Source: Giardia intestinalis
Lineage: Eukaryota
Assembly: GCA_000002435.2 (NCBI GenBank)
Contig: CM018789.1
Direction: 5' to 3' (one strand)
DNA length: 64,000 nucleotides
The position numbers and the translations under genes are program-made. The notes below the pieces were generated by a model. The model had not been told where the DNA came from and ran no database searches. It saw nothing but the letters and a program-made list of their open reading frames with translations. Shown one piece after another: positions 38,089 to 46,809 of the stretch. Numbering within the stretch: the stretch's first letter is position 1; every line of letters starts with the position of its first letter.

Positions 38089-39189
38089 ATGAGTGTCCTG
38101 GACTTGGAAGTCTCCAAAGCGCCGGTTAAGAGCGTAAAGTATAATATGTTCCGCAGTGATCAAGTATTCATGGCGCTTTCCTTATGCAATGAGCTGGCAG
38201 TTTTTGCCTTTGACGTGTCTGACCGTCCCCGTCGAATCCATGTTCACAGAACGCATCCAGACACACTTATTGAGGCTTTCTTTGTCACACACAGCGAAGT
38301 TGTCATCGTGACAGACAAGAGTCAAATTTCACTGGTGAATTATTTCGAGGGAAGGATTCTTAGCACTTGCTCCTTATCCGTAGGGATTGTTTGCTGTGCC
38401 ATCCTCTATGAGCAATACATTCTGCTGGGCATCAAAACAGGCGGAGTAGTTGCTGTCGATTGGACGCAGCTTCCTGCTCACAAATGGCTGTCTGCAACTC
38501 CTGTGCGGCCTCTTCTTTCCATGATGTGCACTGAAGTGGTACTAGAGCGCTGTAGTCATGGAGACTCTAGATATCTCTGCCTACTCGTCTTTCTCAACGC
38601 ATCATTCACAATATCTATGCGACTGTACACACTAGACTTCGACGAGTGTCCCCAGACACGCCTCCACATGACCCCCGTGACTACCCCGTCTACTTCCTGC
38701 ACTCTCCACCTGCTGTGGATGGACCAAGACCTTATCCTGGCTACTCTTCGAGTACGCAAATTAGGAAAGTACTTCCACTGTTCGATTGCTCCCGTCAACC
38801 TTCGCAGTTACCTCGAGGACACCCTCTTGTCAGCGCGTGTAAAGCTCAGCAAACAATGTGGCAGCCTCTGTCTGAGAGATGTACATCCAACTGTGAGCAC
38901 CTTCATACACAAGCTCCGGACAGAGAGCCTTGACAGGTGGATCGTCAACTGTCCGATAGTAGCATCTTCTGAAGGCTCGCTGATCATTCTCAACGGCACT
39001 TGCTTTCATGCCTCGCTCAATCCTGCGCGCAAGCCTTTCACTGCAACTTACCACAGCGGCCCGGTGACATCGGTATGTTATCACAATCGATCATTTGTCT
39101 CAGGAGATGAAACTGGCCACGTTTATTGCCACAACAAAAACGCGGCCTGTGTTAAAAATGGCCAAGAGAGGACCAGAGGATCTATCTGA
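38089..39189 (+). CDS. Hypothetical protein (366 aa), possibly WD-repeat-like
   Basis: ATG start. Segments such as VTSVCYHNRSFVSGDETGHVYCH and GGVVAVDW resemble WD repeats. Its stop lies inside the 5' end of the downstream kinase-like gene. Confidence 0.5.
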   Translation: MSVLDLEVSKAPVKSVKYNMFRSDQVFMALSLCNELAVFAFDVSDRPRRIHVHRTHPDTLIEAFFVTHSEVVIVTDKSQISLVNYFEGRILSTCSLSVGIVCCAILYEQYILLGIKTGGVVAVDWTQLPAHKWLSATPVRPLLSMMCTEVVLERCSHGDSRYLCLLVFLNASFTISMRLYTLDFDECPQTRLHMTPVTTPSTSCTLHLLWMDQDLILATLRVRKLGKYFHCSIAPVNLRSYLEDTLLSARVKLSKQCGSLCLRDVHPTVSTFIHKLRTESLDRWIVNCPIVASSEGSLIILNGTCFHASLNPARKPFTATYHSGPVTSVCYHNRSFVSGDETGHVYCHNKNAACVKNGQERTRGSI

Positions 39190-40801
39190 ATCGGAGTTTG
39201 ATGCGCGGTACCAACTAAAGGAAGTAGTCAATCGAGGAACGTTTCGTACCACCTACCGGGTGTACGATAACCAGAGTGGAGAGCACCTCTATTGCAAGCG
39301 GCTGGATGCATCCAATATGCCGGCCTCTCAGCTTTCGGCCTTCGTTAGTAACATGATGTCCATCTCTGCCCTGCAGGAAAAGGGATACCTGGCCATAGAT
39401 ACGGTGTTTGTGCTTGCGAAGCGCAAGCTTGCATATATAGTAACCCCAGACTTCGGAGACTGTAGCCTGGCACACCTGATCCACACTGCTAGACGACAGC
39501 AGACCTCCTTCGAGGAGTCCTTAGTGTGGCGAGTGCTCGCTCAAATTGCAGCCAAGCTTTATGCCCTCCACTTTCCAGGGGAGCACGGCATACGCCCAGG
39601 GCGAAGGTTCATCCATTGTCAGCTTAAGCCATCAAATATCTTTCTCAGCCAGGCCCTCACGGTCTTCATTGTAGACCCTTTGGGCGTTGCTTTCTCGTCT
39701 TATTGCTGGGCAAACTCAGACGACGACGGATTTCGCTATATCCCCAACGAGGCCCTCACTGCCGCTACCCTTACTTCGAAAATAGACATTTACTCTCTCG
39801 GTTGTGTCCTTTATGAGCTATGCACCCTCTTCTCGCGTACCTTCCACGAGTCCCCTGTCGATTATGTCACCCTTCTGAGAGAGACACACTACAGCTCCCA
39901 GCTGAAGGATCTTGTTCTAGCCATGCTCAGCCCATACCCAGATGCTAGACCGTCGGCGCAGGACCTCATGCACAACACCACCATAGCTCAATATCTAAAG
40001 CTTCAATTTGCGTGCTTGAAGTTGTCCACACCTACGCAGAAGCTCCTCTCGTACACGAATATTGCCCACGACCTTAAGAGCATGGCAGAAGAAAACGAGG
40101 CGTCAACTTACAACCCACATGGTATTCACAGAGACTCACGGGCCGTGTCACCAGCAACTGTTCACAGCCTTGAGACACGGTCTATTGCTCTCGCATCCGA
40201 CGATGCCTCTTCCCCAGCTCAGGATGCATCCCTGCAGCAGCTGGCTACACCATCTATTGACACAGTCGAACAGGGTGTCAATACCCTTTTGGATATGGAA
40301 TTGCACCAAAGGGAATTCTCACTCAATCTTTCTCAGATCTCGCATTCGCAACTTGGGATTGACGAACTATCCAATCTTAAGAATTATTGCAGATTTTTAG
40401 AAAATGAAGTAGCAGCCCTGCGATCGGATTTGATCATTGCAGAGTCTCTCAAGCATAAGTACAACGATGAGCTGACAAACACTCGAGTCCAGCTCATGAA
40501 GTATATAGACTCAGAGGCGGCATCAATGTCCCCTGCACTTGCAGACAAACACAAACACGAACATAGCGAAGATGTGTATTCACTAAAAAATAAAATTAAG
40601 GATCTTGAGATCCAACTATCCATGGAGCGGGCAAACACGTTCATTCTGCGTCGAGAAAATGCAAAACTGATGGAGCATCTCAGGAACATAGACGTGACAA
40701 TGACCACGTGTGCAGAGCAAAATGTCAGTCCAAAGGAAATGGTTGATCAAGTTCGTTCGACCAGTATTGCTGCTAGGCGCGTATGTGCGGAAACAGTGTG
40801 A
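39107..40801 (+). CDS. NEK-like protein kinase homolog with a coiled-coil C-terminus. Probable pseudokinase.
   Basis: Kinase fold is recognisable (LYCKRL lysine, DIYSLGCVLYELCT subdomain IX). The catalytic loop reads HCQLKPSN instead of HRDLKPxN, the glycine loop is degenerate (NRGTFRTTY), and DFG reads DPLG. The track start at 39095 is TTG. The first ATGs are 39107 and 39158, both upstream of the neighbouring gene's stop at 39189. Confidence 0.65.
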   Translation: MKLATFIATTKTRPVLKMAKRGPEDLSESEFDARYQLKEVVNRGTFRTTYRVYDNQSGEHLYCKRLDASNMPASQLSAFVSNMMSISALQEKGYLAIDTVFVLAKRKLAYIVTPDFGDCSLAHLIHTARRQQTSFEESLVWRVLAQIAAKLYALHFPGEHGIRPGRRFIHCQLKPSNIFLSQALTVFIVDPLGVAFSSYCWANSDDDGFRYIPNEALTAATLTSKIDIYSLGCVLYELCTLFSRTFHESPVDYVTLLRETHYSSQLKDLVLAMLSPYPDARPSAQDLMHNTTIAQYLKLQFACLKLSTPTQKLLSYTNIAHDLKSMAEENEASTYNPHGIHRDSRAVSPATVHSLETRSIALASDDASSPAQDASLQQLATPSIDTVEQGVNTLLDMELHQREFSLNLSQISHSQLGIDELSNLKNYCRFLENEVAALRSDLIIAESLKHKYNDELTNTRVQLMKYIDSEAASMSPALADKHKHEHSEDVYSLKNKIKDLEIQLSMERANTFILRRENAKLMEHLRNIDVTMTTCAEQNVSPKEMVDQVRSTSIAARRVCAETV

Positions 40802-40818
40802 GTAGAAGCACTAGCACG

Positions 40819-42900
40819 TCACTCCTTATCAACCATGGCTTCTATCTCTGGCTGGAGCTGATTGTAGAGCTTCTTTCTGCAGAGCTTCTGTGTCGCTGTG
40901 AGACATCCATTTTCTATCGTGAATTCACGTCTCAGCAAGTGTATGTCCTTAAGGTGCATAAACGGCTTCATCCCCGCCTCCGAGTGCACTTTCGTGAGGT
41001 CTTTTACGATTTTCTGCTTAAGGAGACCCATTATGTGATTTTCCACATGCTTCCCCTCTAGAACGGAGAAGGAGCCCAGGGCCTCAACCTGCTCATTGGT
41101 GTGAACAGAGTCGGTTGCTGTATCATCTACGAGCTTGTCATGGAGCCCCGTCAGCGACAGAGGTTGGTCAGGCGAGAAATAGTTGGCCACATTCAGCTTA
41201 GCAAGCAGGCTTTCGCTTGGTACAACAAAAGCATAGAGGTGGTTCGAGTTGGGTGTCTGTGGAATGTAGATGGCACTGATCAGCGCGCTTTGCAGGTACA
41301 TAAGCTCAATTGTCTCTGGACAGACAAATTCACCGTTCTGCAGCTTGAAATTGGTATTAATTCTATCTTTGAGGATCAGCTTGTTGTCCTCATTCATCAG
41401 TCCACAATCACCAGATCTATACCATTCAGTTGACGGCGGAAAGTTATGAATATTTTCATAAAAGGTCTCTCCGGGCACGTAGTACCGGCTAAACATGGAG
41501 CTGCCACGAAGCAGAACCTCGTTCTCGGATGGGTCTATTCTCAGCTCCATATTTGGACACACAACCCCACAGTTTCCAACAGAATAGTCCGACTCGCACT
41601 GCACGGTGACACAGGCACACGTCTCTGTCTGTCCGTAGCCCTGGATGAGGTTACATTGAAAGAAGTCCTGAACAAAAAGGTGCACCTTGGGAGGAAGGGA
41701 CGCACCTCCAGATATCATCAGCTTGAAGTTGACGCCTATCTTGCGCTTCACAAGCCCATAGAGACACCGCCTGGCAAACCTTTGTAGCATGCTGTCTCCC
41801 TTGAGCCCGTAGTGGAACCACCCACGAGTGAGTGGGGAGGCCTCCAGCTTGCTGCGGATTGCCTGGTAGAGAGTCGTGTAGACTTTAGGCACGCCACACA
41901 GGATATCCGGTTTAACGTCTTGCATGTCACGTAAAAGTGATTTGAAGTCTCCTCGCCAGAAATAAACCTTACCACCAATGATTATACCAGTTGCCTGAAT
42001 TACGCGCTCATAGATGTGTGCCATGGGCAAATAGGAAAGGTAGTGAAGTCCTCTCCCGCTGCGCACAAAATCAAGAGGAGTCAGAAGATAGCCGTAACAG
42101 GCAGAGGTGAGCGCGCCGTGCGAGATGATAACGCCCTTTGGCGTAGAAGATGTTCCAGATGTATAAATTAAACTAGAAATGGTACTGGGCGTGGGAGGCA
42201 CCGGCGGTACTACATGGACTGCGGCCGTTACGTACCCAAGAATATCTGTGAGACGGGGGTTTGCCATGCCAGAGCGCGCTAGAAGCTGCTCGAGCTCCTC
42301 CACCTGGTTTCCAGGGATGGCACGCTCAAACTCGAGGTCGGTAGTGAGTATTACGGCCTTGAGGAATGAAAGGTCGACCACTGCTTGCGCAAGCGTTTTA
42401 ACCAACCGCCCAATCTTATCACGGCTTATCACCAGGATGTCAGGCCTGGTTGCGTCGATACAGTACGACATGCCGTGTGCAGACAGCGAATCATAAATGG
42501 GAACAAGCACCATAGACTGTCTGTTACAGGCCTGTTCGGTGATAATCCACTCTGGGCTGTTGCAGGACCAGAGCATGACCATCGATCCGGGCTTCAGACC
42601 GAACTTGGTCACAAATGCTGTCGCAAAACGCTCTATATTAGAACGCATGGTCCTGTAGGTGATACCTTCATAAGCCAGGCGCTCGATTGTCTGGGTCTGC
42701 GCGTTGAAGCGAAGAGGTGAATGGAAATAAACGAGCTCGTCAAGTCGAAGCAGAGAGTACTTCTCCCAAATAGCATAGAGGGTTTCCTCGTCTGCCGGTG
42801 CAGTTACAGGGTCGTCGCCGAGGCCTGTCCTCGACTTGTAGGGGTTCAGATAGATCGTCGGGTGAGGCGTCATTTTTGGTTTTAGAAATGGAAAGATCAT
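40819..42900 (-). CDS. Long-chain fatty-acid--CoA ligase (AMP-binding acyl-CoA synthetase)
   Basis: AMP-binding signature LIYTSGTSSTPKGVIISHGAL and motif IQGYGQTETC. The track start at 43008 is GTG. ATG candidates are 42900 (MIFPFL...) and 42873 (MTPHPTIY..., preceded by the A-rich aaaaccaaaa). Confidence 0.85.
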   Translation of the reverse strand: MIFPFLKPKMTPHPTIYLNPYKSRTGLGDDPVTAPADEETLYAIWEKYSLLRLDELVYFHSPLRFNAQTQTIERLAYEGITYRTMRSNIERFATAFVTKFGLKPGSMVMLWSCNSPEWIITEQACNRQSMVLVPIYDSLSAHGMSYCIDATRPDILVISRDKIGRLVKTLAQAVVDLSFLKAVILTTDLEFERAIPGNQVEELEQLLARSGMANPRLTDILGYVTAAVHVVPPVPPTPSTISSLIYTSGTSSTPKGVIISHGALTSACYGYLLTPLDFVRSGRGLHYLSYLPMAHIYERVIQATGIIIGGKVYFWRGDFKSLLRDMQDVKPDILCGVPKVYTTLYQAIRSKLEASPLTRGWFHYGLKGDSMLQRFARRCLYGLVKRKIGVNFKLMISGGASLPPKVHLFVQDFFQCNLIQGYGQTETCACVTVQCESDYSVGNCGVVCPNMELRIDPSENEVLLRGSSMFSRYYVPGETFYENIHNFPPSTEWYRSGDCGLMNEDNKLILKDRINTNFKLQNGEFVCPETIELMYLQSALISAIYIPQTPNSNHLYAFVVPSESLLAKLNVANYFSPDQPLSLTGLHDKLVDDTATDSVHTNEQVEALGSFSVLEGKHVENHIMGLLKQKIVKDLTKVHSEAGMKPFMHLKDIHLLRREFTIENGCLTATQKLCRKKLYNQLQPEIEAMVDKE

Positions 42901-43163
42901 AATGAAGCAGGGAATAGGTTTACAAATGTTAAAAGGGCTGGTCACTAGAAGGGGAAATAAACGCGCTCGGTAACCGTCACAGCGGTTGGGCCATGACAAA
43001 ATGGGCACTCATAAAGGCCGTATTCTGGCAAATCCATGTGTGCATACGATGTCAGACGACACCGCGGATTGAGACACGTATACTCAGACTGTCTCCAGAT
43101 GGTATCCATGACAGTAAAAGGCTTAAAATTTTTTAAAATTTCCTGGCATTGGGTCCAAGACGT

Positions 43164-45554
43164 TTACAGCTCCCCCTCCGGAAGATCGTTGAGGCGCATT
43201 TCTGAGGATGGTCTCTCTTGTACCAAGATGGACGCTTTGTTTTTGCTCCGAAACTTGGGAATTATGACAGGGAGGGGCGCCTTGCTGGAGGGCGAGAGCA
43301 GCTTGCAGGTCTTCTGGGAAGAGCCTAGAGAGTCTGACCGTATGTATTCATTGGAGATCAGAATAGCAGACCTTCCCCCCGTTTTGTCGCCTCCAGCACT
43401 GCCTGTCATTGCCTCATTCGGCTTTCTATCCGACAGTAGACCTGTGCTCAACAGTAAGCTATTTGCGATTGGCTTCTGAGGGAGCTCCTCATCCAAGTAA
43501 GAAGACAATACGTTGTTCAGTAGCGGGCTTTCCCTTTCTTCATTGTTGGATTCTTTGAAGTCATCTTTGGCGACAGTTGGCAGGTCTGTGACTGTATTTG
43601 ACACACGAATGCCTAATACTGGTAGCTGTATCTCGGTGGGGTCTAGTTTGTTATAGCTGTCGTAAAGATCGGAGTCATAAAGGGGCTGCGTATGCGCTCC
43701 CCTCTCATTTCCACCACCCTCTATGGTGTCGCTGGGACCAGGCGCATGAAAACTATCAAATCTGCTTACTACATTATCGTCCGTTTCTACATATGGAGCA
43801 GATGGAGTAGTGGTTTCGTCCCCCATGGCATTCATAATCATCTGCCGCAGGACCGAGCTCCTCATGCTCCCCTTGAAAAGCTCTTGCACGCAATAGAGTG
43901 CTTCCTTCTGTGCTCTATTTTCGCTCTCCAAGACCTTTATTGTTTCTTGAAGCGAGGCTACAAGCTTCTTGTAGTTTTCTACTAATGCTGCGTGCTTATT
44001 GGGAGAGCACATGCTACTTTCGTGCGCATTGCTCCCACCATCCTTTTGGATGCCTTCTGTGAGGGACACCCTGTTAGCTGATAGCTCGCTATAGCACGAG
44101 CTGGCATCGTCATTTTGATCATGCATAGGGGAGTCACGGAGCTCTTCCCTGCCTTCCTGCAGTGACATTGCTTGTGCGAAGCTCTCGACAGCATTCCTGG
44201 GCAAAATAGTCAAGTGTACACCACATCTTGGACACTGTGAAGTCAAGCACGTTATCTTTTCGTCCTCCTCGTCCTCCATAACGGCGAAATCACCCAAAGT
44301 AGTCATTGATATGCTGGAATCGTAGGCTATACCTTGGGCTGGCTTGCTAGAGGCGCGAGGTGTCGCATTGGCAACAAAGTTTGTTCTAAGAGACATGCAC
44401 CTAGTGGCAAACTGCAGTGTCGAATAGCTTTCGTCGTAGTTGTATGATGATGGCCCTATGGTGGCTACTATCAGTGTTTTGCTGTTCCCCGATAGGGACT
44501 CTGTCAGGAGCCGGGTCAGTGGGCTGTCTCTGAAGGGGACGAAAGACCGATTGGTAGATAAAGCTACAACGCAGTTTCCGAGCGCTGAGAGAGACTGATT
44601 AATTTTCTTGGCCTCTGAAAGGCGCTCTCCGTCTGACATCGTTTTGCTTACCCTTTCGCTACCGGCCAGATCAACAAAGGTAAGGACACCCCGCTTTGTT
44701 GTCGTGCTATAGCGCCTTTCTACAGTCAAAGTAAGCAGTACGTGTGAGCGCGACGAATTGCTATTCATCTGCGTGGCCGCGACTGCTCTCCGCTTGGCAG
44801 CAAACATGATCGCTGCAAAGACGTTTGTCGCCTGGTAGACTGGCAAGTGCATGACATTATTGACGAAGATTCCTCCCTTGTCCTCACGAATCTGCAGAGG
44901 AAGCAAAAGGTGATTGGTGGTAACATTGGCATCGAGGTTGGATAGTAGGTCGAAAACTTGGTCTTTGTATATTTGCACATACGACAGTGTGGCTGTGTAA
45001 GGGACTGTCGATTCATTCAGCTTATTAAAGATTTCTGAAATTGCTCTGGGTACCAACCCAGAGTGACTGGTGAGGACCTGGTTAGAGCGACTGACTCCGG
45101 TAAGCAGAGGGTCATCCGGTGGTCCAAAAGATGTATATGACTTCCCTGATCCCGTCTGGCCGTACATGATGATAGATGCATTCACACCGTTAAGCACATC
45201 ATTTATGCGTTGACGAGCCACAATCTCATATGTATCTTCCTGGGTGGTGAAGTGGGGCAGGACTGCGTCGAATTTGAAGTCACGCCTCTCGTGCATAGTT
45301 CTTCGCAAGCGAATAAAGGGAGTGTATGGTATGCGAACACGGTCAACATCGTACCAATCTGGCGGGACAATAGCTCTCCCGTCTTTGTCTCCCATATCGA
45401 GGATCTGAACGCACCACTCATCGACGGGGTTTGGGTGCAAATCCTCGGGTATAGACGGTCGTACACGCACAATGACGCGTATCTTCTCGTTTCTGATTTG
45501 TTTGGTGCTTGATGAGCGCGGTAGCGTTGGGGTGGCGCTCCTCTGCTGCTCCAT
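43164..45554 (-). CDS. Kinesin-like protein, N-terminal motor (796 aa)
   Basis: Motor motifs IMYGQTGSGKSYT (P-loop), NSSRSHVLLTL (switch I) and LTFVDLAGSE (switch II) fall within residues 30-330. Neck/coil and tail follow. Confidence 0.9.
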   Translation of the reverse strand: MEQQRSATPTLPRSSSTKQIRNEKIRVIVRVRPSIPEDLHPNPVDEWCVQILDMGDKDGRAIVPPDWYDVDRVRIPYTPFIRLRRTMHERRDFKFDAVLPHFTTQEDTYEIVARQRINDVLNGVNASIIMYGQTGSGKSYTSFGPPDDPLLTGVSRSNQVLTSHSGLVPRAISEIFNKLNESTVPYTATLSYVQIYKDQVFDLLSNLDANVTTNHLLLPLQIREDKGGIFVNNVMHLPVYQATNVFAAIMFAAKRRAVAATQMNSNSSRSHVLLTLTVERRYSTTTKRGVLTFVDLAGSERVSKTMSDGERLSEAKKINQSLSALGNCVVALSTNRSFVPFRDSPLTRLLTESLSGNSKTLIVATIGPSSYNYDESYSTLQFATRCMSLRTNFVANATPRASSKPAQGIAYDSSISMTTLGDFAVMEDEEDEKITCLTSQCPRCGVHLTILPRNAVESFAQAMSLQEGREELRDSPMHDQNDDASSCYSELSANRVSLTEGIQKDGGSNAHESSMCSPNKHAALVENYKKLVASLQETIKVLESENRAQKEALYCVQELFKGSMRSSVLRQMIMNAMGDETTTPSAPYVETDDNVVSRFDSFHAPGPSDTIEGGGNERGAHTQPLYDSDLYDSYNKLDPTEIQLPVLGIRVSNTVTDLPTVAKDDFKESNNEERESPLLNNVLSSYLDEELPQKPIANSLLLSTGLLSDRKPNEAMTGSAGGDKTGGRSAILISNEYIRSDSLGSSQKTCKLLSPSSKAPLPVIIPKFRSKNKASILVQERPSSEMRLNDLPEGEL

Positions 45555-45639
45555 GGTTTCGAGCCAAACTTGACTAAAGAACTAAATCCTGGAATGAAGT
45601 GTGTGACAGGTTATTTAAAAATTGCACACTGCATTGCAA

Positions 45640-46755
45640 ATGAAAAATATGGAGGATGATTTAATTGGAGCGGTTATTGATCCAGCCCAGCATACGCTGC
45701 TTCTCGCGCGCTATGGACAGTTGCAGACTCTCGAGGAGCGACAGGACTTCCTGGCCAAGCTATTGGCAATCTATGCAGGATTCTTGGAAGAGCCAGAAAC
45801 ACACATGACCGGTTTAGTAGGATCCGTGCGTAAAGCGATTCAGCTCCTTTTCAGTAAGGTCTTTCCAACTAGCTATGGGTGTGATGTACTAACACCCTTT
45901 CTCAGCCAAGTGGAACGAACCGCAAATGCTATGAAGCAAGCGTTCGATGAATATGTCCAAGAGGACTCTTTTAGGCGGAAAGACGCGGTCCACAGGGCTG
46001 CAGAGCGGTTGTGCTCTTGGCCACTCTATGCTATGCTGGAGTCCTTGGTCCTTCTATTTGTTCAAGAATATAGTCAAGAACAACTGGCAGAGATCTATGC
46101 ATCCAGCACAGAGAACCCTGCTGAGCTCTTCTGTCGGCGATTGTTTACGTCTCTGGAGAAGACGATCAACATTTTTCAATGCAGTGATGAGCTTATCCGC
46201 TACTCACCCTGGTATCTCCGATCCGTTAAGCTCTATGGATTAATGGTGGCACGCTGTACTAGAGTGTGCATTCCTCGCATGTTGCTTCTTATGGCTTACA
46301 AGCATCTAGTTATCTCCACTAAGGGCAAGGAACACAACGAGTACCTCTTTACAGATCCTACGGCAATTCTTTCTATTGCGTCGTCCAGCCACTTACTGCA
46401 TGACTCTAATTACAACTACACCATGGCATTCAATTATCTATTGCTGGTTGGCTCTTACTTATATGCTGACTACACCGTCTATCCTCTTCAGCCAGAAGAC
46501 TCAGAGGACAGGTTTGGGGCGATTGAAGAAAGGTGGCAAGTGCTTAGGCCTTTACTTCTCCTAACTTTTACTGACTTTGTCGTCCTTTTTGGCACTCTTG
46601 AGCGGACACCAGCGTACTTTGACTCTCTACTCAGCTTACTAATCTCCACCTTAGAGTCCGAGCATCCCCTAGATAAGGGCAGAAAGGCTGCACTAGAGCA
46701 ACTTGTTGATGTACGTGACAGTCTTTCGGAGATAACGGTGCGCCTGACTGACTAG
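45640..46755 (+). CDS. Hypothetical protein (372 aa)
   Basis: The track start at 45622 is TTG. The first ATG is at 45640 (MKNMEDDL...), preceded by ggttatttaaaaattgcacactgcattgcaa. Divergent from the kinesin gene. Confidence 0.55.
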   Translation: MKNMEDDLIGAVIDPAQHTLLLARYGQLQTLEERQDFLAKLLAIYAGFLEEPETHMTGLVGSVRKAIQLLFSKVFPTSYGCDVLTPFLSQVERTANAMKQAFDEYVQEDSFRRKDAVHRAAERLCSWPLYAMLESLVLLFVQEYSQEQLAEIYASSTENPAELFCRRLFTSLEKTINIFQCSDELIRYSPWYLRSVKLYGLMVARCTRVCIPRMLLLMAYKHLVISTKGKEHNEYLFTDPTAILSIASSSHLLHDSNYNYTMAFNYLLLVGSYLYADYTVYPLQPEDSEDRFGAIEERWQVLRPLLLLTFTDFVVLFGTLERTPAYFDSLLSLLISTLESEHPLDKGRKAALEQLVDVRDSLSEITVRLTD

Positions 46756-46809
46756 TCAACAAAGTAAGATTCTGCCAGGTTCCTGTAGAGAGTGCAGAGC
46801 CCTAGCACG

